A stretch of 14,419 bases of DNA, taken from contig SDNY01000095.1 in NCBI GenBank assembly GCA_004524535.1, positions 1-14,419 on the forward strand, in the 5' to 3' direction. Numbering within the stretch: the first letter of the stretch is position 1; each line of letters starts with the position of its first letter. This document shows positions 1-8,646 of this stretch, in pieces. The notes beneath the pieces are model-generated. The model saw only the letters and a list, made by a program, of their open reading frames with translations, did not search any database and was not told the origin of the DNA. Source of the stretch: Promethearchaeota archaeon (GTDB taxonomy: Archaea; Asgardarchaeota; Lokiarchaeia; Sigyniarchaeales; SOKP01). The position numbers and the translations under genes were made by a program.

Positions 1-1514
1 AACCTTAAAGATTCTACTTCCTTCTCGAGTTCCTTTATTCTTTCCTTTAATTTTGCAATTTCATCCATATAATCATCAGAAGTTTTAGGTTTCATCATTT
101 CTTGATACATATTTTTACCTGTTTCCAGCTCTTCTTCAGATTTATTTCCCAAAATTTTATTTCTTCGTTTTTGTAGCTCTCCTACAGTTTGTTCAGACAA
201 GAAATCTAATGGATTGAATCCTGCACCTCCATGTTTGGTTGTTCTCTTTCTCACCTTAATGAAAAGTGGTATACCTATTACAGCTTCTCCACAAATAATC
301 CCTTCCCCTTTATCTAATCCAGAGATATCACCTTCATTCTCTTTACTTAAATCTTCCGCACTTTGTATTGTTATACCAATATCGCGCACATCTGAGAGAT
401 TATGGACAACCCAGGTACCACTTTGAGCTCGAATTGTTACATCAAGGAGTTGTGGTCTCTGTGTTCCTATAACTAGATTTGCACCGAATTTTCTACCCTC
501 TTGGGCAAATAATTTGACAACTTCAGATGTTTCTGTTTTCTTTTTCCCAGCAAATAAGTGTGCTTCGTCTAGAAATAAATAAAATGGAGGGATTTCTCTA
601 CCTGTGCTTGCTTTATATAATTTATTAAGGAGTTTACCTGCTATAACTTCTTGAACCTCAAGATCTAACCCTCTCATATTAATAATCGAACATAATCGTG
701 GAGCAACGATGTCTGTGGCTTCTAAAGAAAATAAATATTCAATATCAACGTCTCCGCTTGGATTCATCTTCAAATCCGTGAATTCAATAATATTATCTGC
801 GAACTCGCTTGCTTTCTCATCTTTAATCTTAGGAGCTTCTTCTATTATTTCCGTTTCTAACTTTTTGCCACAATGATTACATTCGTTTGCATCTTTAGGA
901 ACTTCCTCTCCACACCATGGGCAGAAATCTGATTTGACTTCAAAGGAAGCTGGCTTTTCTTTTTCTAATTCTTCACTAGCGACTTTCAGGGCTCCATATT
1001 CACCATGCCTATCAAGAATAACAACAGGAATTCCTTTTTTCATGAATTCTTCGCAAAGTACACCCATAGTATAAGACTTACCGCTTCCAGATTTTCCAGT
1101 AATAAAAATACGACCAAAATTTTTTACTAAAAGATTCACTTCAAACCCATAGCCTAGCAATTTACCTAAAGAAATTGATCTCTCTGGAGGATTGAATATA
1201 CCGAGTACTTTACTAATTTGTTCCATAGTAGCTAAATATACTTCACTTCCAGGTTCGAAAGGCTTTTTTGGATGTTCACCTAAAACTGTAAGCTCTGCTT
1301 GTGAGCCCTTTTTATCTTTCCACATCTCCAGAATACTCAATATATAATAATTCCTTGTCCCGTCTTTTTTTTCTTCTCCATAAACCGTAAAATAATTATT
1401 TCGTGAAACATTAGGACTTGTAATGATCATACTTACTTTAGAGATTGTCGTTTTCCCTATTAATCGTCCAATAGGTTCTCCAGCCCCTTCAATCAAATCT
1501 TCTTCTTCCGACAT
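1..1514 (-). CDS. HerA/DUF87-family P-loop ATPase with internal Zn ribbon and C-terminal coiled coil (3' end beyond the window)
   Basis: Hand translation from ATG 1514 (MSEEEDLIEGAGEPIGRLIG...) stays open to base 1, at least 504 codons. It shows a HAS-barrel-like N-terminus (PFEPGSEVYLAT), Walker A GKSGSGKS (1074-1097), ILDRHGEY, Walker B FYLFLDEAH and EGRKFG..IGTQRP. A GTGA RBS-like motif lies 7 nt upstream. Not listed in the ORF track. Confidence 0.9.
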   Translation of the reverse strand, partial: MSEEEDLIEGAGEPIGRLIGKTTISKVSMIITSPNVSRNNYFTVYGEEKKDGTRNYYILSILEMWKDKKGSQAELTVLGEHPKKPFEPGSEVYLATMEQISKVLGIFNPPERSISLGKLLGYGFEVNLLVKNFGRIFITGKSGSGKSYTMGVLCEEFMKKGIPVVILDRHGEYGALKVASEELEKEKPASFEVKSDFCPWCGEEVPKDANECNHCGKKLETEIIEEAPKIKDEKASEFADNIIEFTDLKMNPSGDVDIEYLFSLEATDIVAPRLCSIINMRGLDLEVQEVIAGKLLNKLYKASTGREIPPFYLFLDEAHLFAGKKKTETSEVVKLFAQEGRKFGANLVIGTQRPQLLDVTIRAQSGTWVVHNLSDVRDIGITIQSAEDLSKENEGDISGLDKGEGIICGEAVIGIPLFIKVRKRTTKHGGAGFNPLDFLSEQTVGELQKRRNKILGNKSEEELETGKNMYQEMMKPKTSDDYMDEIAKLKERIKELEKEVESLR

Positions 1515-1521
1515 AAAAAAA

Positions 1522-1528
1522 TCACTTT
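1522..1528 (-). promoter_or_regulatory. Putative ribosome-binding site AAAGTGA of the HerA-like gene
   Basis: GTGAT matches the archaeal SD consensus GGAGGTGAT. The same AAAGTGA occurs 7 nt before gap (2746-2752) and 5 nt before the hdrA TTG (12399-12405). Confidence 0.55.
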
Positions 1529-1680
1529 TATAATCTCTTTTAATTTTTTTATTTTAATACCATTAGATATTAACTATAATTGACAACTTAAAAAGGGTAT
1601 TTAAATCTTTAATAGTCTAAATTTTCATTTTTAATTTTCAAATTAATTTTACTCTAAATTACTTATCGACTTAACCAATT

Positions 1681-1699
1681 AAGAAAAAAAGAAAAAAAA
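1681..1699 (-). terminator. Putative oligo-U terminator downstream of gap
   Basis: T8-C-T7-CTT tract on the minus strand about 30 nt after the gap stop; typical of archaeal intrinsic terminators. Confidence 0.4.
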
Positions 1700-1730
1700 T
1701 ATTATTTTATAAATAAATTTAATTTAGATA

Positions 1731-2738
1731 CTATAATTTTTGGACGATTAAATCTGCCATTCTATTTGAATATCCCCATTCGTTATCGTACCATGAAACT
1801 ACGCTAATTAAATTACCAATAGCTTTTGTCCAGAGACTTGAGAAAATTGAACTTGCGGGATTTCCAACAATATCGGTACTCACAATTGGATCATCAGTGT
1901 ATTCTAAAATTCCCTTCAAAGGACCATCGGCAGCTTCTTTCATTTTAGCATTAACTTCATTTGCAGAGGCTGCTTGAGCGACGTTAACTTTTAGATCTAC
2001 GACACTACCATTAGGAGTCGGTATACGCATCGCAATCCCATCTAATTTTCCTTGTAATTCTGGAAAAACTAAACCAATTGCTTTTGCCGCCCCTGTAGAT
2101 GTTGGTATTATATTTGCGGCAGCCGCTCTTCCTCTGATCATTTTATCTGGTTCCCCTGACCTTGCTGTATCAACGGTTCTCTGATCTCCAGTATATGAAT
2201 GGACAGTTGTCATTATTCCATTTTGTATATTAAAACTATCATTCAAAACTTTAACAACTGGAGCTAAACAATTTGTTGTACAGCTCGCATTAGAGATAAT
2301 TTTATGATCAGCAGTTATTTTATCATCGTTGCATCCAATTACTACTGTTATGTCTGGATCTGTAGCGGGAGCACTAATTAATACACGTTTAGCACCAGCT
2401 TGTAGATGTTTTGATGCACCATCTCTATTTACAAAAAAACCAGTAGATTCTACAGCAACGTCAATGTTATTACTTCCATGTGGTAAATTTGCTGGGTCTC
2501 TTTCAGCTGTTATCGGAATTGTTTTTCCATTTACAATTAATGAATTTGATCCCGCCTCCACAGTTCCCTTGAATCTTCCGAAAACTGAATCATACTTTAA
2601 AACATACGCCAAATACTTAGGTTCAAATAAATCATTAATAGATACTACTTCAATCTCATTGGGATATTTCTCAGAAAGAGCTCTAAAGAAGTTCCTTCCG
2701 ATTCGTCCGAAGCCATTTATTGCAACTCTTTTTACCAT
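1731..2738 (-). CDS. gap: Glyceraldehyde-3-phosphate dehydrogenase, class I (bacterial/eukaryotic type)
   Basis: INGFGRIGR, catalytic ASCTTNCLAP, TTVHSYT, IIPTSTGAAKA and SWYDNEWGYSNR; 335 aa. Confidence 0.97.
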   Translation of the reverse strand: MVKRVAINGFGRIGRNFFRALSEKYPNEIEVVSINDLFEPKYLAYVLKYDSVFGRFKGTVEAGSNSLIVNGKTIPITAERDPANLPHGSNNIDVAVESTGFFVNRDGASKHLQAGAKRVLISAPATDPDITVVIGCNDDKITADHKIISNASCTTNCLAPVVKVLNDSFNIQNGIMTTVHSYTGDQRTVDTARSGEPDKMIRGRAAAANIIPTSTGAAKAIGLVFPELQGKLDGIAMRIPTPNGSVVDLKVNVAQAASANEVNAKMKEAADGPLKGILEYTDDPIVSTDIVGNPASSIFSSLWTKAIGNLISVVSWYDNEWGYSNRMADLIVQKL

Positions 2739-2778
2739 TTTATTATCACTTTATTTTTTTAAATGGTACTTTATGTGA

Positions 2779-2811
2779 AAATTAGTGATTTTATATTATG
2801 TTCACTAATTT
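2779..2811. promoter_or_regulatory. 10-bp inverted repeat around a TATA-like element upstream of gap
   Basis: AAATTAGTGA(2779-2788)-N13-TCACTAATTT(2802-2811). The spacer reads ACATAATATAAAA on the minus strand. Confidence 0.35.
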
Positions 2812-2962
2812 ATTAATTTTTTAGATTTCTAAGAAATGTAAAAAATAAGTCTAAAAAATGAATACTTCTTAAATTAAATAAAAAGAATAACCAAGTTCTT
2901 AAATTAATTTATTGAATTTTAAGATTATTAGAAAAAATTGATTAACATTATTTTAAAATAAT

Positions 2963-3745
2963 TTAAATTTCTTCCTCTTCTTCTCCAATTTCTTTCCCCA
3001 TTAATCGAAGAACGGAATCAGCTAATTTGTTTTGACTATAACTCTTGATACCTTTGATTTTTCCTTCCTTTCCAAGAACCCGTAACATAATTCCATTCCA
3101 AACTGAGGACGCTTCTCCCTTCACTTTTTTAAATCGGTCTCTAAAAATTTTAACACTAATATTGTCGTAATTTTTTGATGCTTCAGAACATTTATAACAT
3201 AAAATACATTTGTCCTCATCAATTGCCAGATTATTTCCTTCCCGAGACAATGCACCTGTAGAACATTCCTCTGCAAATTTTTCTATTAAATTTGTATCTT
3301 TTTCATTACAAGTAATTTTAATACTTCCTTCAACTACTTTACGGACTTTCTGACCACTCTCCAAAGTCCGTACTTCTTCCTCAAATTCGGGAAGTGAACC
3401 ATTATCAACTAAGTTTAATTTCTTTTCGTCATTAATAAACAACTCTAATGTATATCCGGGGCAAATCCAGGTGCAACATCCACACCATATACATTTATCA
3501 GTGTCAACTACAATTTTTAAGTCCGACTCAACTCTCATCTCCTCTGGTGTTCCAATTGCGGTTCTTTTCAGAGGTATCTCTTTTCCTTCAACTTCCATGG
3601 TTGTAACGGGACACACTCTATGACAAAATCCACATTCAATACATTTTTCCTCGTCGTATCTTAGAACCATATCATGATTGAGCATCTTATATTCATAATT
3701 AGTGATATTTCCTTCCTTGATTGCTTTTTTTGATGGTAATGCCAT
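2963..3745 (-). CDS. 4Fe-4S polyferredoxin (FwdF-like), probably three clusters
   Basis: CIECGFCHRVCP and CIWCGCCTWICP, then a degenerate repeat with EECSTGAL and CILCYKC; 260 aa. The FwdF resemblance is by eye only. Confidence 0.75.
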   Translation of the reverse strand: MALPSKKAIKEGNITNYEYKMLNHDMVLRYDEEKCIECGFCHRVCPVTTMEVEGKEIPLKRTAIGTPEEMRVESDLKIVVDTDKCIWCGCCTWICPGYTLELFINDEKKLNLVDNGSLPEFEEEVRTLESGQKVRKVVEGSIKITCNEKDTNLIEKFAEECSTGALSREGNNLAIDEDKCILCYKCSEASKNYDNISVKIFRDRFKKVKGEASSVWNGIMLRVLGKEGKIKGIKSYSQNKLADSVLRLMGKEIGEEEEEI

Positions 3746-3863
3746 TTTATCTCAGTTCGAATTTTTCTTATTATAATTAAATATTAATTGAAAATAATAA
3801 AAAAATTTTGATTATAAGATTATAAATTTCAAAAGACAAATTTTTTTATAGAATTGATTTCTT

Positions 3864-4373
3864 TTATTCTAAAAATTTCAAACCTTCTTTTGCTTGCTCA
3901 TTATTCGGGTTAATCTCAAGAACCTTCTTGTAACATTCAATCGCTTTCGGAGAATTTTGTAATTCTTTATAAGAATCTCCCATAATTCTAAATACAGCCT
4001 CGTAGTTAGGTCGAACATTAGGCATTTTAAGATCGACTTTAAGTGATTTCTCTAAACTTTTTATGGCTTCCTTATAATTCTTTAGGTGATAAGAAGAGAA
4101 TCCTAATCCAAACCATGCAAGAACAAAGCTGGAGTCGACTTTAACCAATTTTTTATATGTTTCATATGCTTTTTGATAATTTTCTAAACTTAAATAAGCA
4201 GACCCTGTGTTATATAACGCCATACGATGCTGCTGTTTATCTTTTAAACCGAGTTTAATCGCATTTTCATAACTTTCAATCACCTTTGGATAATCTTTTG
4301 CTCTAAAATGAGCCCCTCCATCTCCATACCAATATTCAGCATCTTTACCATTTATTTCTTTAGGCATTTTCAA
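3864..4373 (-). CDS. Tetratricopeptide repeat protein
   Basis: About four TPR units (ALYNTGSAYLSLENYQKAYETYKK, AWFGLGFSSYHLKNYKEAIKSLEKSL, KAIECYKKVLEINPNN). Start could be the TTG at 4373 or the ATG two codons later. Confidence 0.88.
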   Translation of the reverse strand: MKMPKEINGKDAEYWYGDGGAHFRAKDYPKVIESYENAIKLGLKDKQQHRMALYNTGSAYLSLENYQKAYETYKKLVKVDSSFVLAWFGLGFSSYHLKNYKEAIKSLEKSLKVDLKMPNVRPNYEAVFRIMGDSYKELQNSPKAIECYKKVLEINPNNEQAKEGLKFLE

Positions 4374-4452
4374 TATAACCTTTTAAATTTAAATTTCTTC
4401 TATATTTTTATGTTATTAAAATATTGAAAAATCATGGATTAGATCAATAAGG

Positions 4453-4914
4453 TCATGAAAATTGTAACCACTCGTCAAGAAGAATCCAATTTTTCAACGT
4501 CGCAGGTTTTACTTTTACTATATTACCACTAACTTTAATATATCCATGGGGGCTTGGTTCGCCTTTTTCTACTTTTCTTAAGTAATAAAAAATTAATATA
4601 ATACCAGCCACACCTATGCAAAAGGTTATCAAAGCTGGAAGGGCACCAATAGATGCTGCGGAAAATAGTGCAAAAATTACAATAACAGGAGAAAAAGCTA
4701 AGATGCAGCATATTATATCCTCTTTTGAAGAATTATAAAGTCTTTTCTCTTCATAATCCTTAAACTGTTTATGACATCCTGTACATACAGGTAATGTAAT
4801 ATATCTAGTTTGAGAAAGGTTAGTATGACGAAACCATCGAAATTTAATTTGTACATCCATATGATTATACATTTCTGTAGCATAATTAAGTCCACATTTG
4901 ATACATTTAACCAT
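4453..4914 (-). CDS. Hypothetical membrane protein with CxxC..CxxC Zn-finger-like N-terminus and two TM helices
   Basis: CIKC and CTGC pairs plus a long hydrophobic hairpin (IICCILAFSPVIVIFALFSAASIGALPALITFCIGVAGIILIFYYL). Ends in TGA used as an ordinary stop. Confidence 0.7.
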   Translation of the reverse strand: MVKCIKCGLNYATEMYNHMDVQIKFRWFRHTNLSQTRYITLPVCTGCHKQFKDYEEKRLYNSSKEDIICCILAFSPVIVIFALFSAASIGALPALITFCIGVAGIILIFYYLRKVEKGEPSPHGYIKVSGNIVKVKPATLKNWILLDEWLQFS

Positions 4915-5094
4915 AATTATTCAATTCAGCATCTTTTTTATTAATGAAATTATAAATATATCTTTTATAAGTCTTTTCAAAATTGTAAAAAAATTAAAGA
5001 CCAGATAGATCTTAAATAGATCTCAGAAAGTAAAGAAAAATTAGCTAGTTATTTTTATGATAATTTATTTATCATCTCATAAAAATTATTAAAA

Positions 5095-5307
5095 TTAATC
5101 GAGTGAATTTGTTTTTTTTTTTGGCTCGAGACCTATTGCATCAAAAACCCCTAATTTTTCTTCAACTGCTAGGATTTGAGACTCTTCTAACTCATCACAA
5201 TCTTTTTTCTCGAACTCAAGCTTGCAAGATGGACAATCAAACGATTCTGTATAATCCACGATATCTTTATTGCCACATCGAGGGCAATGGTATTTTTTTT
5301 CAACCAT
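5095..5307 (-). CDS. Small Zn-ribbon (CPxCG-type) protein
   Basis: CPRCG..CPSC motif in a 70-aa ORF with an ATG start, on the same strand as its neighbours. Confidence 0.75.
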   Translation of the reverse strand: MVEKKYHCPRCGNKDIVDYTESFDCPSCKLEFEKKDCDELEESQILAVEEKLGVFDAIGLEPKKKTNSLD

Positions 5308-5325
5308 CTTTTAAAGAATAAATGA

Positions 5326-5550
5326 ATAAAGCCCGAATATAAAGGAAGGGGCATTTTCTCGGCTTTAAATAATATTGGTCAGTTATATGCAAATTTGAAT
5401 GGAATAAAATATTATGAAGGAACCGGGATTTGGCTAATAAATCAAGATGCTATTGATGCTGTAATGCCTCATTGTCAAACAAACAGAAAATTCGTTGTAT
5501 TTCAAAAAAGAATAAAAAAAACAAAACCTAATTTTAAAATAGTAGGGTGA
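5326..5550 (+). pseudogene. C-terminal remnant of a GNAT-family acetyltransferase
   Basis: 74-codon open frame with no upstream start, IKPEYKGRGIFSALNNIGQLYANLNGIKYYEGTGIWLINQDAIDAV...*. It carries the GNAT acetyl-CoA motif A (PEYKGRGI) and a motif-B-like W..N..A. An in-frame TGA precedes it (5323-5325). Confidence 0.65.
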
Positions 5551-5582
5551 TTGTTAAAAGTAAGTTAAATATCAAATATCTT

Positions 5583-7079
5583 TTAAAAGCGTCTATCCGT
5601 TTTAAAAGGAACCACATCACATGTTTCCATATACCAAGTAAGCATCCGTTCTTTGAGATTTAGAAGTATGTCTTTATAGTTTGGGTCATCTATGACATTA
5701 TTTAATTCTCCAGGATCTTTCTTCAAATCATACAACTCATCTTTTTCATAAATACGTTTGATATATTTGAAATCTTTCGTTCTACACATGGAAGCCTTGC
5801 CATGATATGGTTCCTCATCGGTTAATTGTAATCTTAAACGCGGCCAATAAAGATCCTTGGATTTTGGCCTACTTTCTTTTTCCATAGCATGTTCTTCACC
5901 ATAAAGTCGGCCACCTTCGCTGAATACAGCATCTCTATGCTCATTTTCCTTACCTTCAAGTAAAGATATCAAACTTTTACCAAAATGGGTATAATTAGGT
6001 TTGAGACCAATGAGATCATATACAGTTGCACTAAAATCTACTAATTCAACCAAAGCATTAGAAATCCGCGGTTTTATAGAAATATTTTGTGGTGGTTTTA
6101 TGATAAAAGGAACTCTTGTAAGGCAATCTTCAAGTGTGTTCTGAGTCTTTTCGACTAATCCATAATCCCCTGTGAAATCTCCATGATCAGAAAAAAAGAA
6201 TATCGCGCTATTATTGTATAAATTAGCTTTTTTTAGCTCTTCAATTATCATCCCAAATTGATGGTCTAAGCGAGCACACATTCCATAATATGTTGCCCGC
6301 AATTCATCCCATCGATCTTCTGTCCATCCTTGGAGGTTTTGCCCTTCATATATTCCTTTCAAGATCGCAGGCTTTTTTGACCAATCATCTGGTGCCTTTA
6401 TTCTAGAAGGTAGTTTTTTGCGATTTATTTTACTAAACCAAGGTTCTTCAATCCCATAAGGCGGATGAGGATTCATTAAGGCAAAATACATGCAGAGGGG
6501 TTTCTCCTGTTTATACTCTCTGATAAAATCTGATGCGCCTAATATCATTGCCCAGTCGAAATCAAAATAAATGTCATCCCCTTTTTTATCTAATTTACCC
6601 GCGTGAAAACTATAATAATTATCATCATCTGGTTCTCCACGCCATTTTTGAGAGAGATGAGGACTTGGTTTCCATTTATGGCCCCAGCGAGCAAGATCTT
6701 CCTTTGATGGCCAATATTTCACGTCACATATATCCAAGGGATCTTGCTCTGCAGTTATGAGATCATTTCTAAATCCCCACCATACAAAGTATCCATTATC
6801 TTTAAGAATTTTCAATAAATTTGGTTCGTTTCGATCGAGATGAAGCATATGATACATCGTTCGATGACCGCGAACATGAGGATACCAACCTGTCATAAAA
6901 CTGCAACGGCTTGGAGTACACACAGGATTCTGACAGAATGCATTGCTGAATGAAACTCCATCTTCTTCAACAATTTTATCAAAATTTGGAGTTTCGGCAG
7001 CGGGATTGTCCATGTGCCCCAGAACATCACCCCGCCATTGATCTACATTAAATATAATAATATTTGGCTTTTGATTCAT
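5583..7079 (-). CDS. Cys-type (formylglycine-dependent) sulfatase
   Basis: PNIIIFNVDQWR, signature CTPSRCSFMTG, PHPPY, FSDHGD and ELYDLKKDPGELNN; no signal peptide evident. Confidence 0.93.
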   Translation of the reverse strand: MNQKPNIIIFNVDQWRGDVLGHMDNPAAETPNFDKIVEEDGVSFSNAFCQNPVCTPSRCSFMTGWYPHVRGHRTMYHMLHLDRNEPNLLKILKDNGYFVWWGFRNDLITAEQDPLDICDVKYWPSKEDLARWGHKWKPSPHLSQKWRGEPDDDNYYSFHAGKLDKKGDDIYFDFDWAMILGASDFIREYKQEKPLCMYFALMNPHPPYGIEEPWFSKINRKKLPSRIKAPDDWSKKPAILKGIYEGQNLQGWTEDRWDELRATYYGMCARLDHQFGMIIEELKKANLYNNSAIFFFSDHGDFTGDYGLVEKTQNTLEDCLTRVPFIIKPPQNISIKPRISNALVELVDFSATVYDLIGLKPNYTHFGKSLISLLEGKENEHRDAVFSEGGRLYGEEHAMEKESRPKSKDLYWPRLRLQLTDEEPYHGKASMCRTKDFKYIKRIYEKDELYDLKKDPGELNNVIDDPNYKDILLNLKERMLTWYMETCDVVPFKTDRRF

Positions 7080-7217
7080 GAAACATCATTCGTATTAATT
7101 AGCATTTTTTATAATTATTGACTCATAATTTTTCACACATAAAAGCTATTATATCAGATTGAATCTTTTAACTATTTAATATCTTTTCTCTTTTTCTTAT
7201 CATCGGATAAGTAATAA

Positions 7218-8321
7218 TTATAGCTTTCCTTGTTTTATTTTTCCCTTCAATTTTAATTCATTAAAAATCTCTTCATCAACTTCTATTCCTAACCCCGGTT
7301 TAGTCGGAAGCTTTATACGACCATTTTCAATTTTAGGTAAACCAATAAATAAATCTTCTAAAAAGGGTTTTCCTCCAGCATATTCTAATGGGAGAGTACA
7401 ATTCATTGTAGAAGCACAAATGTGGAGATTTGCCAAATTGCCGATTGTAGGTTGAGTTTGATGAGGTAAAATAGTTTTATTAAAAATTATCCCTAAATCA
7501 TTTATCCGTCTCATCTCAGTTATACCCGCACACTTTACTACATCGGGCTGTATGATATCAACTTGAGCTTTTTGTATCAAATCCAAAAATTGCCATTTTG
7601 TATATTCATGTTCTCCAGCAGAGATGGGAACATCTAAAGCCTTCACCACTTTCTTTAATCCTTCATAATCATATTGCGCTACAGGTTCCTCAAAATGAAA
7701 TATATCTAATTCCTCAAATTTTCTCCCTTGTTTTATTGCACCCTGAACAGAATACCCATTATTTGCATCAAAACTTAACGGAATTCCTTTATCTAGAATA
7801 GAACGAACTGCTTTAAACATTTCAAAATCTTTCATAAGATTTTTATCTCTTCTCATAGAACCCCAATCCATTCGAATTTTAAATGCTCGGAAACCCTCCT
7901 CAAGTTTTTGCTCGACTCTTTTAACCATTTTTCTTATAGATTGATAAGCTCCGAAACCAATACTTGCATATTGCTGATATTTCTTTTGATATGCACCACC
8001 CAATAGAGTATAGATGGGTAAATTACATTTTTTTCCTTTAATATCCCATAATGCAATATCAATTCCGGCAATAGCTTCGGGTTGGATTCCTTGCACACCT
8101 TGTTTATACGTATTGAAAAACATCTCATTCCATAGCTTTTCAATTTCTAAAGAATTTTTTCCAATCAACATCGGTTTTAATGTTGTTTCTATAAAATTTG
8201 CTATAACTTGGCAATTCATAGGAGAGCACTCCCCAACCCCACTTAATCCTTCATCCGTAAAAACCCTAACAAAAATGGATGTTCCTAATACGATATAAGT
8301 CTTAACATCGATAATTTTCAT
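7218..8321 (-). CDS. Mandelate racemase/muconate lactonizing enzyme family protein (likely acid-sugar dehydratase)
   Basis: AGIDIALWDIKGK..LPIYTLLGG, KxR motif (FKIRM), metal ligands DAN / EEP / GE, IIQPD and PTKPGLGIE. Confidence 0.92.
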   Translation of the reverse strand: MKIIDVKTYIVLGTSIFVRVFTDEGLSGVGECSPMNCQVIANFIETTLKPMLIGKNSLEIEKLWNEMFFNTYKQGVQGIQPEAIAGIDIALWDIKGKKCNLPIYTLLGGAYQKKYQQYASIGFGAYQSIRKMVKRVEQKLEEGFRAFKIRMDWGSMRRDKNLMKDFEMFKAVRSILDKGIPLSFDANNGYSVQGAIKQGRKFEELDIFHFEEPVAQYDYEGLKKVVKALDVPISAGEHEYTKWQFLDLIQKAQVDIIQPDVVKCAGITEMRRINDLGIIFNKTILPHQTQPTIGNLANLHICASTMNCTLPLEYAGGKPFLEDLFIGLPKIENGRIKLPTKPGLGIEVDEEIFNELKLKGKIKQGKL

Positions 8322-8491
8322 TTTAAATTACTTAAAAATTCTTATTATTTCCTTATGCTGGGTATAAAAAATTTTTATTTAATATCTCTATGTCACAATT
8401 TATTAATATTTAATTATAATTCTAAGAAATTTTTTAATATCTGCATTTCACGGGAATCTTTTTTGATGAATTCAGTTTAAGAGAAATATTA

Positions 8492-8518
8492 CTTCTTTTT
8501 TGTTAGACAAAAAAGAAG
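8492..8518. repeat. Perfect 12-bp inverted repeat (hairpin or operator)
   Basis: CTTCTTTTTTGT-TAG-ACAAAAAAGAAG in the spacer between the fdhB-like gene and the dehydratase gene. Confidence 0.6.
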
Positions 8519-8646
8519 GAGTTTGAAATGCCAAATAAAAAAATAAAAATAGAGAATCAGATATACTCAGAATCTTAATGAGATATAATAGATATAATTA
8601 CTTCTACTTTCAAATCCGTAAAAAATGAAAAGAAAATAATAAAATA

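Noticed and set aside
214-426. Plus-strand 70-aa ORF
   Set aside because: Antisense shadow of the HerA-like gene.
4453-4455. TGA of the membrane-protein gene as Sec
   Set aside because: It is not in a Cys motif, further in-frame TGAs follow within a few codons, and no SECIS-like hairpin is nearby.
5323-5325. TGA before the GNAT fragment as Sec
   Set aside because: The upstream frame is antisense to the Zn-ribbon gene and not GNAT-like; no SECIS is seen downstream.
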